A stretch of DNA of 64,000 nt, from assembly GCA_023920165.1 (NCBI GenBank), contig CP089276.1, positions 3,844,001 to 3,908,000 on the forward strand. The letters are read 5' to 3'. The translations under genes were made by a program, and so were the position numbers. Under the pieces are notes generated by a model. That model had not been told where the DNA came from and did no database searches. It worked only from the letters and a program-made list of their open reading frames with translations. This stretch comes from Curvularia clavata. Its lineage: Eukaryota. Within the stretch, counting starts at the first letter, position 1. Every line of letters begins with the position of its first letter. This document shows, piece by piece, positions 52,482 to 64,000 of this stretch.

Positions 52482-53863
52482 ATGACTCCGGCTAAAACAA
52501 GACCAACTGTCCTGATTGTGGGTGGAGGATTGGCTGGTCTTTTTTGTGCTCTGGAATGTAAAAGAAACGGGTTTGAAACAACAGTACTGGAATCCAGAGC
52601 TGCAATTCAAACAGCTGGTGAGAAAACCCTGGCATGGAAACTACACAGTGATTGCCATACACTAATCAGCCTCCTCAATCAATAGGTGACTTCATCACTA
52701 TTGGCCCTACGGCTATCAATGCTCTTCGCAGATGGCCATCTATAGCGACCGCGCTTGATAAGGTCGCCTACAAGCCTGATATCTGGTACCATAAGCAAGA
52801 TGGAGAGCTAGTCGCTGGTCCAATGCCACCGCACCCCAACTTTGGCCGTATGATATCGAGGCCGGCACTGCACCAAGCCCTTTGGCATGCACTAGAGGCC
52901 GAGAATGTTGACATTCGCTGCAATACGAAAGTGAAGCGTTACTGGGAGACGGAAGATGAAGGCGGGGTTGAGCTCGAAAATGGGAACATGCTCCGGGCGG
53001 ATATGGTGATCGCCGCAGACGGTATCCATTCCAAAAGCTGGACACTTGTATCGGGAAAGGAACCCGAAATCTACCCGAGCGGGCTTGCAATGTTCCGAGC
53101 AGCATTTCCTATTGAACACGCACTAGCGGATCCCTCTCTGCGCGCAAAGTGGACGCCGACAGCCGAGAGAGACAAGATGGGATTCTTTCTTTCTCCCACT
53201 AGCTTTGGAATCATCCTCTTTGGCCAAAATACTGCATCGTGGGTTTGGCAGCATAATGAGAACCCAGAAACATCCACTGAATCATGGGCTGCAACCCTAT
53301 CTCCCGAAGATGCCCTCAAACAGCTCGTTGCGGAAGGGCACTGGGGCACCGACCTTCGTGCACTTATTGCCACAACTCCACAAAATCACATTGTTGACTG
53401 GAGGCTCATGCGACGAGAGCTGAAGCGAGAATGGGGCTCGCCAAAGGGACGCTTAATGCAGATTGGAGATGCTGCACATCCATATCTGCCGACCACTGTG
53501 AATGGTGGGACCCAAGCCATTGAGGACGGCGTTTCCCTGGCCCGCTGCTTGCGTCTGGCAATCGACAAGCATGGCTCTAGCGCACTTACTGGTGGAGCAA
53601 AAGTGCATAACTTGTTGCGCATCGATCGAGTGGCAGCCATCGAAACCACAGGAATGGAACGCACAAAGAAACACCGTCAAGTGGACTTTGAGCAAGTCAA
53701 GAAAAACCCAGAGTTGATTCGCAACGAGCCGGCTCAGTGGCAAATTGAACATGACCCGCTAGCGTATGCGGAAGAGCGGTTTGATGAATGTTTTGCTTGT
53801 TTGGCGAATGGTAAGCCGTTTGTAAATACCAATAAGCCCGAAGGATACGTTTTTGCGCCATGA
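52482..53863 (+). CDS. FAD-dependent monooxygenase; intron ~52618-52685
   Basis: GGGLAG, IAADGIHS, QIGDAAHPYLPTTVNGGTQAIEDG. Confidence 0.92.
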
Positions 53864-53886
53864 AATAGAGTAGTACCGGACGGAAA

Positions 53887-53911
53887 GGGGGGGGGGGGGG
53901 GGGGGGGGGGG
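53887..53911 (+). repeat. Poly-G tract (~25 nt) just 3' of the monooxygenase stop
   Basis: Seen directly. Confidence 0.85.
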
Positions 53912-54093
53912 AGTTTGAAGAGTACAAGGTTACGTAGCGCATGTATGGACGTCTTTAACAAATTGCACTGGTTTAATATGCGCAATGATCTCTGGCATGT
54001 GCAAGGGTAAACTCCAATGTGTTGTCATTTTGAACGTTTGGGAGTTTTGTTGTTGGAAACACTGTAGACGAGGAACACGAGTCTACTGTGTAA

Positions 54094-54503
54094 GGGCCTG
54101 TTCACTTCTATGTTTTCCGTCTCCGTTTTTGAACCCGTTTTAGATATAGAGCGTTGGCAGAGGGAGCCTAGCTGGTCTCTATCCAGATCGAGATGGAAAA
54201 CAGAAGGGCTGTTCTTTTAGAGGTCCGTTTTGTATCCATCTTCTAGTGACGTAATGATTACGTAGTAGACTGGGCCATCAAAATAGCACCGAACGGAGGT
54301 CTTAAATCCAGTCAGACTTCTAGAGCTCCGGCTGGGAATCCCTATCTCCATTTCGCCCAAGGAGGACAAAAGTTTGGGGCGATAAAGCACTAAATAGTGC
54401 CTGCTTTAGTATGTAAGCACCAATCAATCGGAGCTCCGTTTTATAACAATAAAACAGAGGTCTCCTAGAACATGAGACCATTTCCGTTTTGAAAACGGAG
54501 CCC
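54094..54503. mobile_element. Putative Tourist/PIF-Harbinger-like MITE (~410 bp)
   Basis: Flanked by TAA on both sides, ends GGGCCTGTTC...GAAAACGGAGCCC (imperfect inverted repeat), repeated internal CCGTTTT motif, no ORF. Confidence 0.5.
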
Positions 54504-54673
54504 TAAGTAGTGCAGATTTTGTCCATAATAAAGATGTCTGAGCTGGGGCAGGAGGTGATTGTTAGATCTATCAAGATGTATGTACATAGTTCGGATAGTC
54601 ACTTCATGCCTGCATGGATAAGAGAAACTTGATTATAAGGAAAGGTAGTGGAAGTTGAACTCGTTCAAGTTAA

Positions 54674-55603
54674 CTAAGCATCAAACAAGACTTTGTTCTG
54701 TTTGACCCATTCCTCGAGGCTTGTGGGCTGCTGACCGGTGTAGAGAGTGATGTTCTTTACGCCTTCATCATAGTTGGGAAACACCTCACCATTGCCCTTG
54801 TCTATGCCCTTGGTACCCATGACCTCCACCATATAATCCGCGAAAATCTTAGGCATACCACTGTTTATATATTTCTCATGCCCTTCTTCGGGTCCCAGAA
54901 TCGTAATCTTTAAGTCTTTCTCAAGAATCTCGCCAATTTTGGCAACACTGTCGTAATGCGAAAAGATTTGGGGCCCGTAAAGGTACACCTTTTTCTGCCC
55001 ATTCTTCGGGCCCGAGACAATAATATTGCCAATTACTCTCCCGATGTCGCTTGGCACAATATTGTCTTCTTTAAACTCGGCGCCGTATAGCTTCACTTCT
55101 CTCGCAGCTATACCTGCCTTTTCCGATAGCAGGTTAGTAATGAAGCATCCGGGACGTACAGCGACGTAGTTGGAACCAAAAACATCGTCTAAGTTTGCCT
55201 CAACTTGCGCGTGCACATATGGAAGCAGATCGGAGGATGGAATCTCGCGGAGACCTTTGTTGACGAGAATGGTAAAGCTGCTCAGAAAGACTACAAACTC
55301 GACACCCGCTGCTTTCATTGCCGTAATAGCGCCGCGAAGGTGATCAGATGCGTGATGGACGAGGTAGATGAATGCGCGCTTGGCGCCAGAAGTCTTGACT
55401 GCTTGGCTGACGGTTTCGGGGTTTTCTAGATCGGCCTGGATTCTGTGGTAGCCGCCCGTAGATTCGGCTTCTTTCGTGAGGCCTGGGATGTTTTTGGAAG
55501 TGTCTCGCATTGCTAGCCAGACCTTCGCCCCAAGCTCTCCAGCTGTTCGCGCGACAACAGATCCAACCTGGCCCGTCGGGCCGAATACAATGACAGAAGT
55601 CAT
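54674..55603 (-). CDS. NmrA-like NAD(P)-binding protein
   Basis: VIVFGPTGQVG, AMKAAGVEFVVFLSS, VRPGCFITN, DIGRV. Confidence 0.85.
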   Translation of the reverse strand: MTSVIVFGPTGQVGSVVARTAGELGAKVWLAMRDTSKNIPGLTKEAESTGGYHRIQADLENPETVSQAVKTSGAKRAFIYLVHHASDHLRGAITAMKAAGVEFVVFLSSFTILVNKGLREIPSSDLLPYVHAQVEANLDDVFGSNYVAVRPGCFITNLLSEKAGIAAREVKLYGAEFKEDNIVPSDIGRVIGNIIVSGPKNGQKKVYLYGPQIFSHYDSVAKIGEILEKDLKITILGPEEGHEKYINSGMPKIFADYMVEVMGTKGIDKGNGEVFPNYDEGVKNITLYTGQQPTSLEEWVKQNKVLFDA

Positions 55604-55961
55604 GGGGCTGGTGAATGGCAAGATTTTGGCAATGGACAAGGTAAGATCTATGATTTGATGTTGAATTGTGCTGTTGTTCTTTATGCGTTTGTGAAGCTGG
55701 GACGAATGCCCAACCCCTCACCTGAGGTACAGAAAGCTTGATTTGGCGGCTGAGCGCCACTCCCGGGAACGCTTCGGGGATCTCGGGAATGTAGACGGCA
55801 AATCACCGGGATTAGCACCTGTTTTTCAAAGCAATGACGAATAAGAGAAGCGCCAAAAAGCCAGGATCATTGGCATATCAATCTTCTTGTCCGTTACTCT
55901 AACTCCGTTTGTCGGCTGCATCCTTGCGTTGAAATACCCCGAGTTCATTCTGCAATACCCA

Positions 55962-57297
55962 ATGGGCTTCCCACACGACTCAGCCTTGCCAATAGGGTCA
56001 TGGATCCTTGTCACCGGCGTCACCGGTTTTATTGCGGGGGTCATTACGGATCAACTGCTTCGCTATGGGTTCTGTATGTATCATATGCTGTTTCTTTTTG
56101 TGATAGCGGCACGATGAATAACAGGGATTCGAGTTGACGATCCCAAATTCAGGTGTCCGTGGTACTGTACGAGACCTTGACAGTGACAGGGCTTCTTGGG
56201 TAAGCTAATCCATGTTTGATGAGTCATAGCTTGAGACTGATGTAGACATGTCGAGTAGATGCCCAATCATTTCGAAAAGCGATACGGTACAGGGAAATTT
56301 GAAATGGTAGAAGTAAGAAACATGGAGAGCGAAGGCTGCTTTGAAACCGCCATCAAAGGTGTGTTCCAAGCTGCCGTCCGAACTCACACTTCTGCACGTA
56401 CAATCAAATTCTTGGAACACTAACTCAGTAGCAGGCTGCAGCGGAGTGATTCATGTCGCTAGTGTCACTGGGTTTGAATCCGATCCTAACAAAATCATCA
56501 CACCGAGCATTGCCTTCGTCGAGAACATTCTCGCAGCAGCCGAAAATGAGCCCTCAGTTTCGCGATTCGTACTGACATCTTCTTCTGCTGCTGCCAGTCA
56601 GGATAGAATCAACGAGGTCTACAACTTGACCCCAGCCATGTGGGCCAACTGGGCTGTTGAAGAAGCGTGGGCGCCACCACCATTCACAGTAGAGAGAGCA
56701 CGGGCGAACTACTATGCGTCCAAAGTACTTAGCGAACAGAGACTATGGAAATATGTGCAAGAGCGCAATCCCCGATTTGTAGCGAATTCGGTGTTGCCGG
56801 ACTTCGTCATCGGGCTTGGAGTGGATCCCGAAAGGCAAGGCTTTGTGTCTTCCATGGGTCTTTTCAAACAGATGTTTGATAATTCCGGCAACGCATGGAG
56901 ATCTTTCGGTCCTCAGTGGTGTGTCGATGAAGTCGATGTTGCCCTTTTGCACATTGCCGGCCTTTTATGCCCCCATGCAAGCAATCAACGCATTTTTGCA
57001 TACGCGCATCGCAAAACCTGGTCGGACTTCATTACAAAGTTACAGAAAATGTACCCCAATCATCGTTTTCCAGGTTGGTAATTCCATTGTTCTTCATTCT
57101 TAGCATTATTAGGCACATCTTAGCTAATTGGAATTCCAGAGCCAAGTCCACACGAGGGACAAGATCTTTCCAATGTCACCGGGCGAGGATCCGCCCGAAA
57201 CCTGCTGAAATGGATGGGTAATTCCGATTGGAAACCTTTAGATGAATCACTAAAAGAGGTCTCCGACTTCATAGTACAGAATCAGGCCGTTGCATGA
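55962..57297 (+). CDS. Extended SDR / NADPH-dependent aldehyde reductase-like protein, 4 introns
   Basis: ILVTGVTGFIA, VRGTVRD, GVIHVAS, FVLTSSS, catalytic YYASK; junctions read by hand. Confidence 0.87.
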
Positions 57298-57727
57298 TCT
57301 TTATATGCCGAATTGTAGTTGAAGATCGTACATAGTCAGATATCATGGGTCGAACTCATGTAAAAAAATTGTCCACTGAGAACGTAACTAGGTTCTAAAA
57401 CCACGGATACTCACTCGATAGTGCACACGTGAATTCATTGCATAACCTCCTGTGATATCCACAAGGTGAGTTTTAGTTCCACAGTCTTGGCTGTATCTAA
57501 GATCCAACCACTCTGCACAAACATTTTCGGATCTTCAGGCATGAAGAGGGGCTACGAGATGCAGCCAGTTCCGAGATTCAACGCTTCCGTAATCTAACAA
57601 TGTGCTTCACATCATATGTCATTCATGTGAATGGAATGTATTGTACATAAAAATAGCCAAGGGCGAAAAGAGAAGTGGTGATGTAGTGGTAGGCTTGCCG
57701 GCCAGCAATATTCATTGATAAAAGGTT

Positions 57728-58961
57728 TTAGTGAATACCGTTGGTATCATTCCCGTTTGTCTCACAATTCCCGAGAGCAGCCTCAATCACGGAAAGTTCG
57801 CTGCCAGCCGGGCGTCGAATAGCCCGAACAACCAGCCTCGGGTCTGCCTTTCTCAACAGATCCCTCCACTCCTCTTCCTCCCGCTCTTTGGCATTGAAAG
57901 TACCGATCATCATCAGATCCTTTTGTCGTAACGCAGCTTCATGTATACTTGGCCCAGAACCAGGCTTAGGAAGTACCATATCCATTATCAACAGGCGACT
58001 TGATGGTGTCATGGCATCCACGAGACGCCCTAATATCTTGATTGCGTCGGCGTCTGGCCAATCATGCAGAATGGTACGCAGAAGGTAAACATCTGCCCCT
58101 AGATGAGGCTGCGGCTGGAAGAAGTCATGCTGGCAAGCCTTAACACGCGATCGAACATCGTCTGGTAGGTTACTGATGAGGCTCTGGGCGTTTGAGATAG
58201 GACCAGGGAGATCCTCAACAACGACATTCAGACGTGGGTAAGCTTTCGCTAGCATGATAGCGGTAGACCCACTACTTCCACCGACCTAAACAACGCCATT
58301 AGCTAATGATCAACGCTATTTGTAGAATTATCAATCTTACATCAACAACCTTTGCATTTCCTAATGCCTTCCAGTCAAAAGCCTCTAATAAGTATGCTGC
58401 ATTTGATCCGGTGTGGGACACTGCTCGACTCTTCATATAGTCCTCGAAGTTCTTCTGAAGATGAGGATTTGCCTTCAAATGTGTAAAGAATGGGAGATCT
58501 GTGTCGTTCGCGATGTTATATGCTGTTTCATTAGGCGCCTGGGTAACTCCCCACTTTTCTGTCGCCTTTACTAGCCCAGCCATGACAGGAATAGTCGCGT
58601 TGAACATATGTCTCAACTGGACCCTCATATGTTCGTCCTCGACGAAGGCTGTAGAGAGAGCAGTGTGGGAAAGATTATCGTTTGAACTTTCACAAAGGAA
58701 GCCAGCCGTCATTGCCATGCGAGCGACGGAGCGCAAGACCGACTCTGGGACTTTGAGGGTCTCTGCAATCGTGTGGTATGATACCTCATTAGGAGGTAGA
58801 GGTATCTGGCCCAATATTTCGAAGTGAGTGAGCCATTTAATGCTATAGTATTGTTGCTGCTGGATATGAAGTTCTGTTAGAAAGCTGCTCGGGTCATGGA
58901 CAAGCTTTTTGACCTGAGCCGCATGTTCGATAATCTCGTCTCTGGCTTCTTTCTTCATCAT
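57728..58961 (-). CDS. SAM-dependent O-methyltransferase (Fsr2-like); intron ~58287-58340
   Basis: VVD/VGGSSG SAM motif, HDFFQPQP, LRTILHDWPD, NAKERE. Confidence 0.92.
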
Positions 58962-59572
58962 TGGAACAGATGTGCAGATAGCAATAGGATAATCAGTGGA
59001 AAGTTTGTGAAATTGGTGTAACTTGATATAGAAGACCTAGGACTACCTTATGAGGGAAGATATCAAGGCAGCCTGTGCGATAAGCCAAACCTCGGGCAAA
59101 TCCTCGATATGTCGGGCACGTTGTAATGTCCGCCGTGCATGTCCCCGAACGAACCGGGTAGATGCCTATCATCGACCACAAGATACGTATCAGCCAATTG
59201 GAATTCATCTCTACCATTGATATGGGTAAGGGTCTACTGGGAACTCGCTATTGCTACCCCACCGAGCTCATGTCTATGCCCGCGTTCCTTGCCCGGCGTG
59301 TTCCCAACTTGTATTGTGTAATCAGCAGGGAGTAAAAATGGCGGGCTTTGCTTGCCCATACCATCGGGCATGTCCAATGAGCTGACCAAACCCCCACCAA
59401 CCTCCTCCCCATTCAAGGGTAGCTCCAAATTTGGCGCGACTCTCATAGTTATGTACCGATGCAAGACACCGTCCTTGTGATATTTATCAAGATAAACAGC
59501 CTCCCTAACCAGATCAAGGCCAATTGAACACAGTCCCCTTCCACAGGCTAAGAGAATACGCCACATTCAACT

Positions 59573-62500
59573 ATGGCAGAAAATCTGAACATTTTTCTCT
59601 TTGGAGATCAGACGTTTGACGTAGAGCCGCATTTTTCCGGTTTGCTGGAGGCTAGGGACAATCTGTTCTTATACACACTTCTTCGTGGCGCCTACAATGC
59701 AATTCGAACCGAGATATACACATTACCACCAGAGGTCAGAAATGACCTACCGCGATTTACCTGTCTCGAGGATCTGGCATCGTGGAAACATAGCGGGACT
59801 GGCAGGCGATGCATCGCTCTAGACATGGCAATGACTACACTATGGCAACTAGGGACATTCATTCTGTGAGTTACATTGTGTTTATTGATTTCGAATCTGG
59901 CCCTTACTCATTTGTTTAGACAAGCAGAAGCATGCTATAGAGTCCCAAACTGCTCGGTCGTCGTTGGGCTTTGCACTGGGACTTTTGCTGCTGCTGCAGT
60001 AAGCTGCAGCAAAAGCATTACAGAATTGATTCCATTGGCTATTGAAGCAGTCATCGTATCTTTCAAGACCGGTGTGCTTGTACAGGATGTTGCTTGGAGA
60101 CTTGCTCCTTCACAGGATCTCGACCAGAGCTGGGCCATTCTCATAGAAGGTGCAGCATCGGCTTCGCTCGTAAGCAACTTCAACGATGAACATGTAGGGT
60201 TAAAATCCATCTCTTCGTCTCTGGTCGTCAGCTGACAATCTTCAAGCCGATGCCATCGATTAAAAAACCGTACATCAGCGCCTACGCTCCAAATGCTGTA
60301 ACCGTCAGCGGGCCACCCGATTCTATTTGCAGACTGGCTAGTTTTGGAGTCTTCAAGGAACTGACGAAGAAGACCATACCCATAACGGGACCGTATCACG
60401 CTGGCCACCTCTACTCAAATAATGACCTTGAATCAATTGTCCCAAGTTTATCAGAAAGAGCAGAGGGTGAGAGGCATGAATCAATACCGTTCTTGTCTAC
60501 AAAAAAGGTCGGATTAGAAGTTAGGACATTTGCATCACTTCTAAGGGAAGCAACCGCTGAGGTACTCTTACGACCGCTTCTGTGGGCTGATATTCTTGGA
60601 CGATTTGAAGATATCTTACGCGAAACAGTTCCACAAAAGCTTAGTATTGTTCCTTTTGGATCGACTGCTCATCACCTTTTCTACAACGTAGCAAAGAAGA
60701 TGAATCCGAATATTTTGACAACCTCTTCACAGCATCCCAATGGTCAATCTGGCTTCACTCCAGCAATTAGTACAAGCCTCAAGAAACCTAAGCTAGCCAT
60801 TGTAGGGATGTCCGGACGCTTCCCAGACGCGAAGAACACCGATGAATTCTGGGATATACTTCAACAAGGTTTGGATGTGCACAAGGTTGTGCCATCCCAG
60901 CACTGGGATATACGCACCCACGTCGATACCAGTGCAAACCCTCGGAAGAACACAAGTGCCACACCTTTTGGTTGCTGGCTGAAGGACCCGGAAGAGTTTG
61001 ACGCGCGGTTCTTCAACATATCACCGAAGGAGGCTGCCCAGATCGATCCCGCACAGCGACTCGCTCTGATGACAGCTTACGAAGCTATCGAGCGCGCTGG
61101 AATAGTATCAGACGCAACTCCTTCTACTAGACCGGACCGAGTTGGCGTTTTCTATGGCGTTACCAGCAATGACTGGATGGAAACGAATAGTGCTCAGGAC
61201 ATTGATGCGCATATGATCCCTGGCGGCAACCGCGCATTCATCCCAGGCAGAATCAACTATTTCTTCAAGTTTAGCGGACCGAGTTATGCCATCGACACAG
61301 CTTGCTCATCTAGTCTGGCCGGTATCCACCTTGCATGCAATTCCCTATGGTGCGGCGACATCGATACTGCTATAGCTGGAGGTACCAATGTAATCACCAA
61401 TCCAGACTTCACTGCTGGATTGGACCGCGGCCATTTCCTTTCTCGCACGGGTAATTGCAAAACTTTTGACGATGGCGCAGATGGCTACTGTCGCGGCGAG
61501 GGCATTGCAACGGTGATCATTAAGAGACTCGAGGATGCACTTGCAGATCATGATCCCATCCTTGGTGTGATTGTTGGAGCGTACACCAATCATTCAGCAG
61601 AATCTGAATCCATTACTAGGCCGCATGTTGGTGCTCAACGCGCCATTTTCAACAAGATTCTGAACGAATCCAGTGTCGATCCTTACTCCATTAGCTACAT
61701 TGAAATGCATGGCACTGGCACGCAAGCGGGTGATGCAGCAGAAATGTCAAGCGTTCTGGACACGTTTGCTCCATCGCCCAGCCAGTGCCATCAATCTCGA
61801 GCACGCAAGGAAAAGCTCTTTCTTGGTTCAGCTAAAGCAAACATTGGCCATGGTGAAGCCGCATCTGGTGCGTCAGGCCTTATCAAGGTCTTGATGATGA
61901 TGGAAAAGAACCAGATTGTTCCGCATTGTGGAATCAAGACAAAGATTAACCACAAGTTCCCGACTGATCTTGAGGATCGTCATGTTCACATTGCTTCTGA
62001 GCTGACAGCATGGGAGAGGAAAGGTCCTGCGGCGCGGCGTGTATTGGTCAATAACTTCTCAGCGGCTGGGGGCAACTCGGCGCTCCTGCTCGAAGATGCA
62101 CCACACGTACCAGATAACGTCAAAGTGGCCATAGATACTCGAAAAATCTATGCTGTCGCAGTATCTGCCAAGACAGGTGCTTCTATGCAGGGTAACCTGA
62201 GGTCACTGCTCGCACATCTGAAGAAGATGCCAAACGTTTCGCTTGGTGAACTTTCATACACAACTACAGCACGACGCATACACCATCCACACCGGGTGTT
62301 GTTTATTGGTTCATCTGTTGAGGAGATCTGTCAACAAAATGAGTCGGCAATCATTCATGGAATCGGTGTAACAAGACCCAAAGGGTCACCACGAGTCGTG
62401 TTCAGCTTCACTGGCCAAGGTGCTCAATATCCTGGAATGGCTCAGCAACTACTACAGGAAAGCACTGTCTTCCGAAATGAGTTGCATCGTCTAGATTACG

Positions 62501-64000
62501 TATCGGAGAAACTTGGATTTCCGTCTGTGATCCCTTTCATCGAGTCTACTGAACAAGATCCTACCACGTTCCAGCCCTCGGTTGTGCAGCTCGCGAGTGT
62601 GTGTGTTCAATTAGCTCTAGTCAAACTTTGGGGCACTTGGGGCATCCATCCATCTTTGGTTGTAGGGCACAGTCTTGGCGAATATGCGGCTCTCAACACT
62701 GCGGGGGTGCTCTCAGACGTCGACACTATCTTCCTTGTTGGAATGAGGGCTAGGCTGCTCGAGGAAAGGTGTATCTCTGGCACGCATGCCATGCTGGTTG
62801 TCGACAGCCCAGTTGACAAGATCTCTGCTACTTTGCAAGAAAGAGAATACGAAATAGCGTGCATCAATTCGCCAACAGAAACTGTCCTTGCCGGATCGAG
62901 CGAGAGGATGCCAGAGCTCCAGGAATTACTTAAGAACGCTGGGATGAGAAGCACGCTTCTTAAGGTTCCTTATGCGTTCCACTCTTCACAAGTGGATGTA
63001 ATTATACCGGAACTCAAAGCTCGGGCACAGGGAGTGAAGTTTTGCGAACCAAGAGTACCAATCATCCGGCCTTTGGACTCCACCATCTCGACTGCTGGTA
63101 CAGCTTTCGATGCTGAGTATCTAGCATGCCATTCTCGCGAGCCTGTTAACATGCTTGGAGCTTTGATCGCGGCTCATAGTAATGGCGCGATCACCGACCG
63201 ATCTGTTTTTCTGGAGATTGGTCCGCATCCTGCTGTTTCCAAGATGGTCAAATGCACATTGGGGCCGTCCGCTTCTGCTGTCGGCTCGCTCCAACGTGGG
63301 GCTCGGCCATGGGACGTGCTTACCAGATCACTGAAGTCTCTCTACGACAACGGAGCTAGTATTAATTGGGTAGCTTATCAGCGAGACTTTCAAAAGTTTC
63401 ACAGAGTTGTCTCACTGCCATCATATTCTTGGGACCTGAAGCCTTACTGGATCCAATACGTCAACGACTGGTCTCTTCGCAAAGGGGATCCACCGGCTGA
63501 GAGCTTACACACTGGCCCTAAGATCACGAGTACGACGATTCATTCAGTCGTATCGGAGACCGGTGACTCCAGGAGCACCAAAATCGTGGTCGAGGCAGAT
63601 ATCTCACGCAAAGATCTTGCTCCATTAGTACAAGGACATGAGGTGGACGGCATACCTTTATGCACTCCCTCCGTCTATGCTGACATGGCTTTGACTCTCG
63701 GTACATACCTCCTCAAGCGTTATCTGCCAGAAAATTCTCAATTGCTAGTCGACGTGTCCGAAATGACTATCTCGAAAGCATTGATATTGAATGAGCAAGC
63801 AAACAAACAACTGATTCAGGTTCACGCTGAAGCGAACTGGACTTCTAAATCTGTGGCCATGAAGTTCATGACTTTTAACAATCACCAAAAACTGCAAGAG
63901 CACTCCCGGTGTATCGTGCATTACAGAGATGGATCCCTTCAGAAAGAGCTGCAAGCCAGTGCATCAGAGATTCAAGCGAAAATTTCGACACTCCGCGCGG
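59573..64000 (+). CDS. Non-reducing polyketide synthase (SAT-KS-MAT-PT..., truncated by window end), Fsr1/Pgl1-like; introns ~59865-59919 and ~60194-60246
   Basis: FLFGDQT start, SAT GLCTG, KS DTACSSSL (~61294) / HGTGT / GHGEAASG, MAT GHSLG (~62665) and AFHS, PT GHEVDGIPLCTPSVY; no stop-terminated ORF is listed in this frame after ~60250, so it runs off the window. Confidence 0.95.

Noticed and set aside
57728..64000. Identifying the cluster as alternariol (pksI/omtI) or cercosporin (CTB)
   Set aside because: No extradiol dioxygenase, MFS transporter or fused OMT-monooxygenase in view, and the PKS N-terminus recalls Fsr1 instead; no gene symbol assigned without a search
1..64000. CRISPR arrays, rRNA or tRNA genes
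   Set aside because: Eukaryotic sequence; no repeat-spacer array or recognisable structural RNA gene seen by eye

Overview
Intron-containing filamentous ascomycete DNA; protein style and RIP-like damage suggest a Pleosporales-type dothideomycete (inference). Bases ~3-35.6 kb are a core-gene block: EthD-like protein, Rom2-type Rho GEF, V-ATPase c' (VMA11), a PKA catalytic subunit, SSK1, haspin kinase, MDM34, ECM15, RTA1-like protein, an NDR/Cbk1-family kinase and a Yippee protein. Bases ~35.9-41.6 kb are an accessory block (RIP-degraded pogo/Fot1 relic, LysM pseudogene, LTR fragment, intact P450) bracketed by an 18-bp perfect inverted repeat. From ~45.9 kb to the window end lies a polyketide cluster: secreted flavin oxidoreductase, Zn2Cys6 regulator, two NmrA-like proteins, FAD monooxygenase, aldehyde-reductase-like SDR, O-methyltransferase and a non-reducing PKS that resembles, from memory, the Fusarium fusarubin synthase Fsr1/Pgl1. 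The most striking observation is a single in-frame TAG at 32625-32627 in the otherwise intact NDR kinase. It sits next to a conserved regulatory motif, in the context preferred by fungal A-to-I mRNA editing, so it is a candidate for stop-codon-correcting UAG-to-Trp editing. All identifications come from motif reading and recall; no searches were run.
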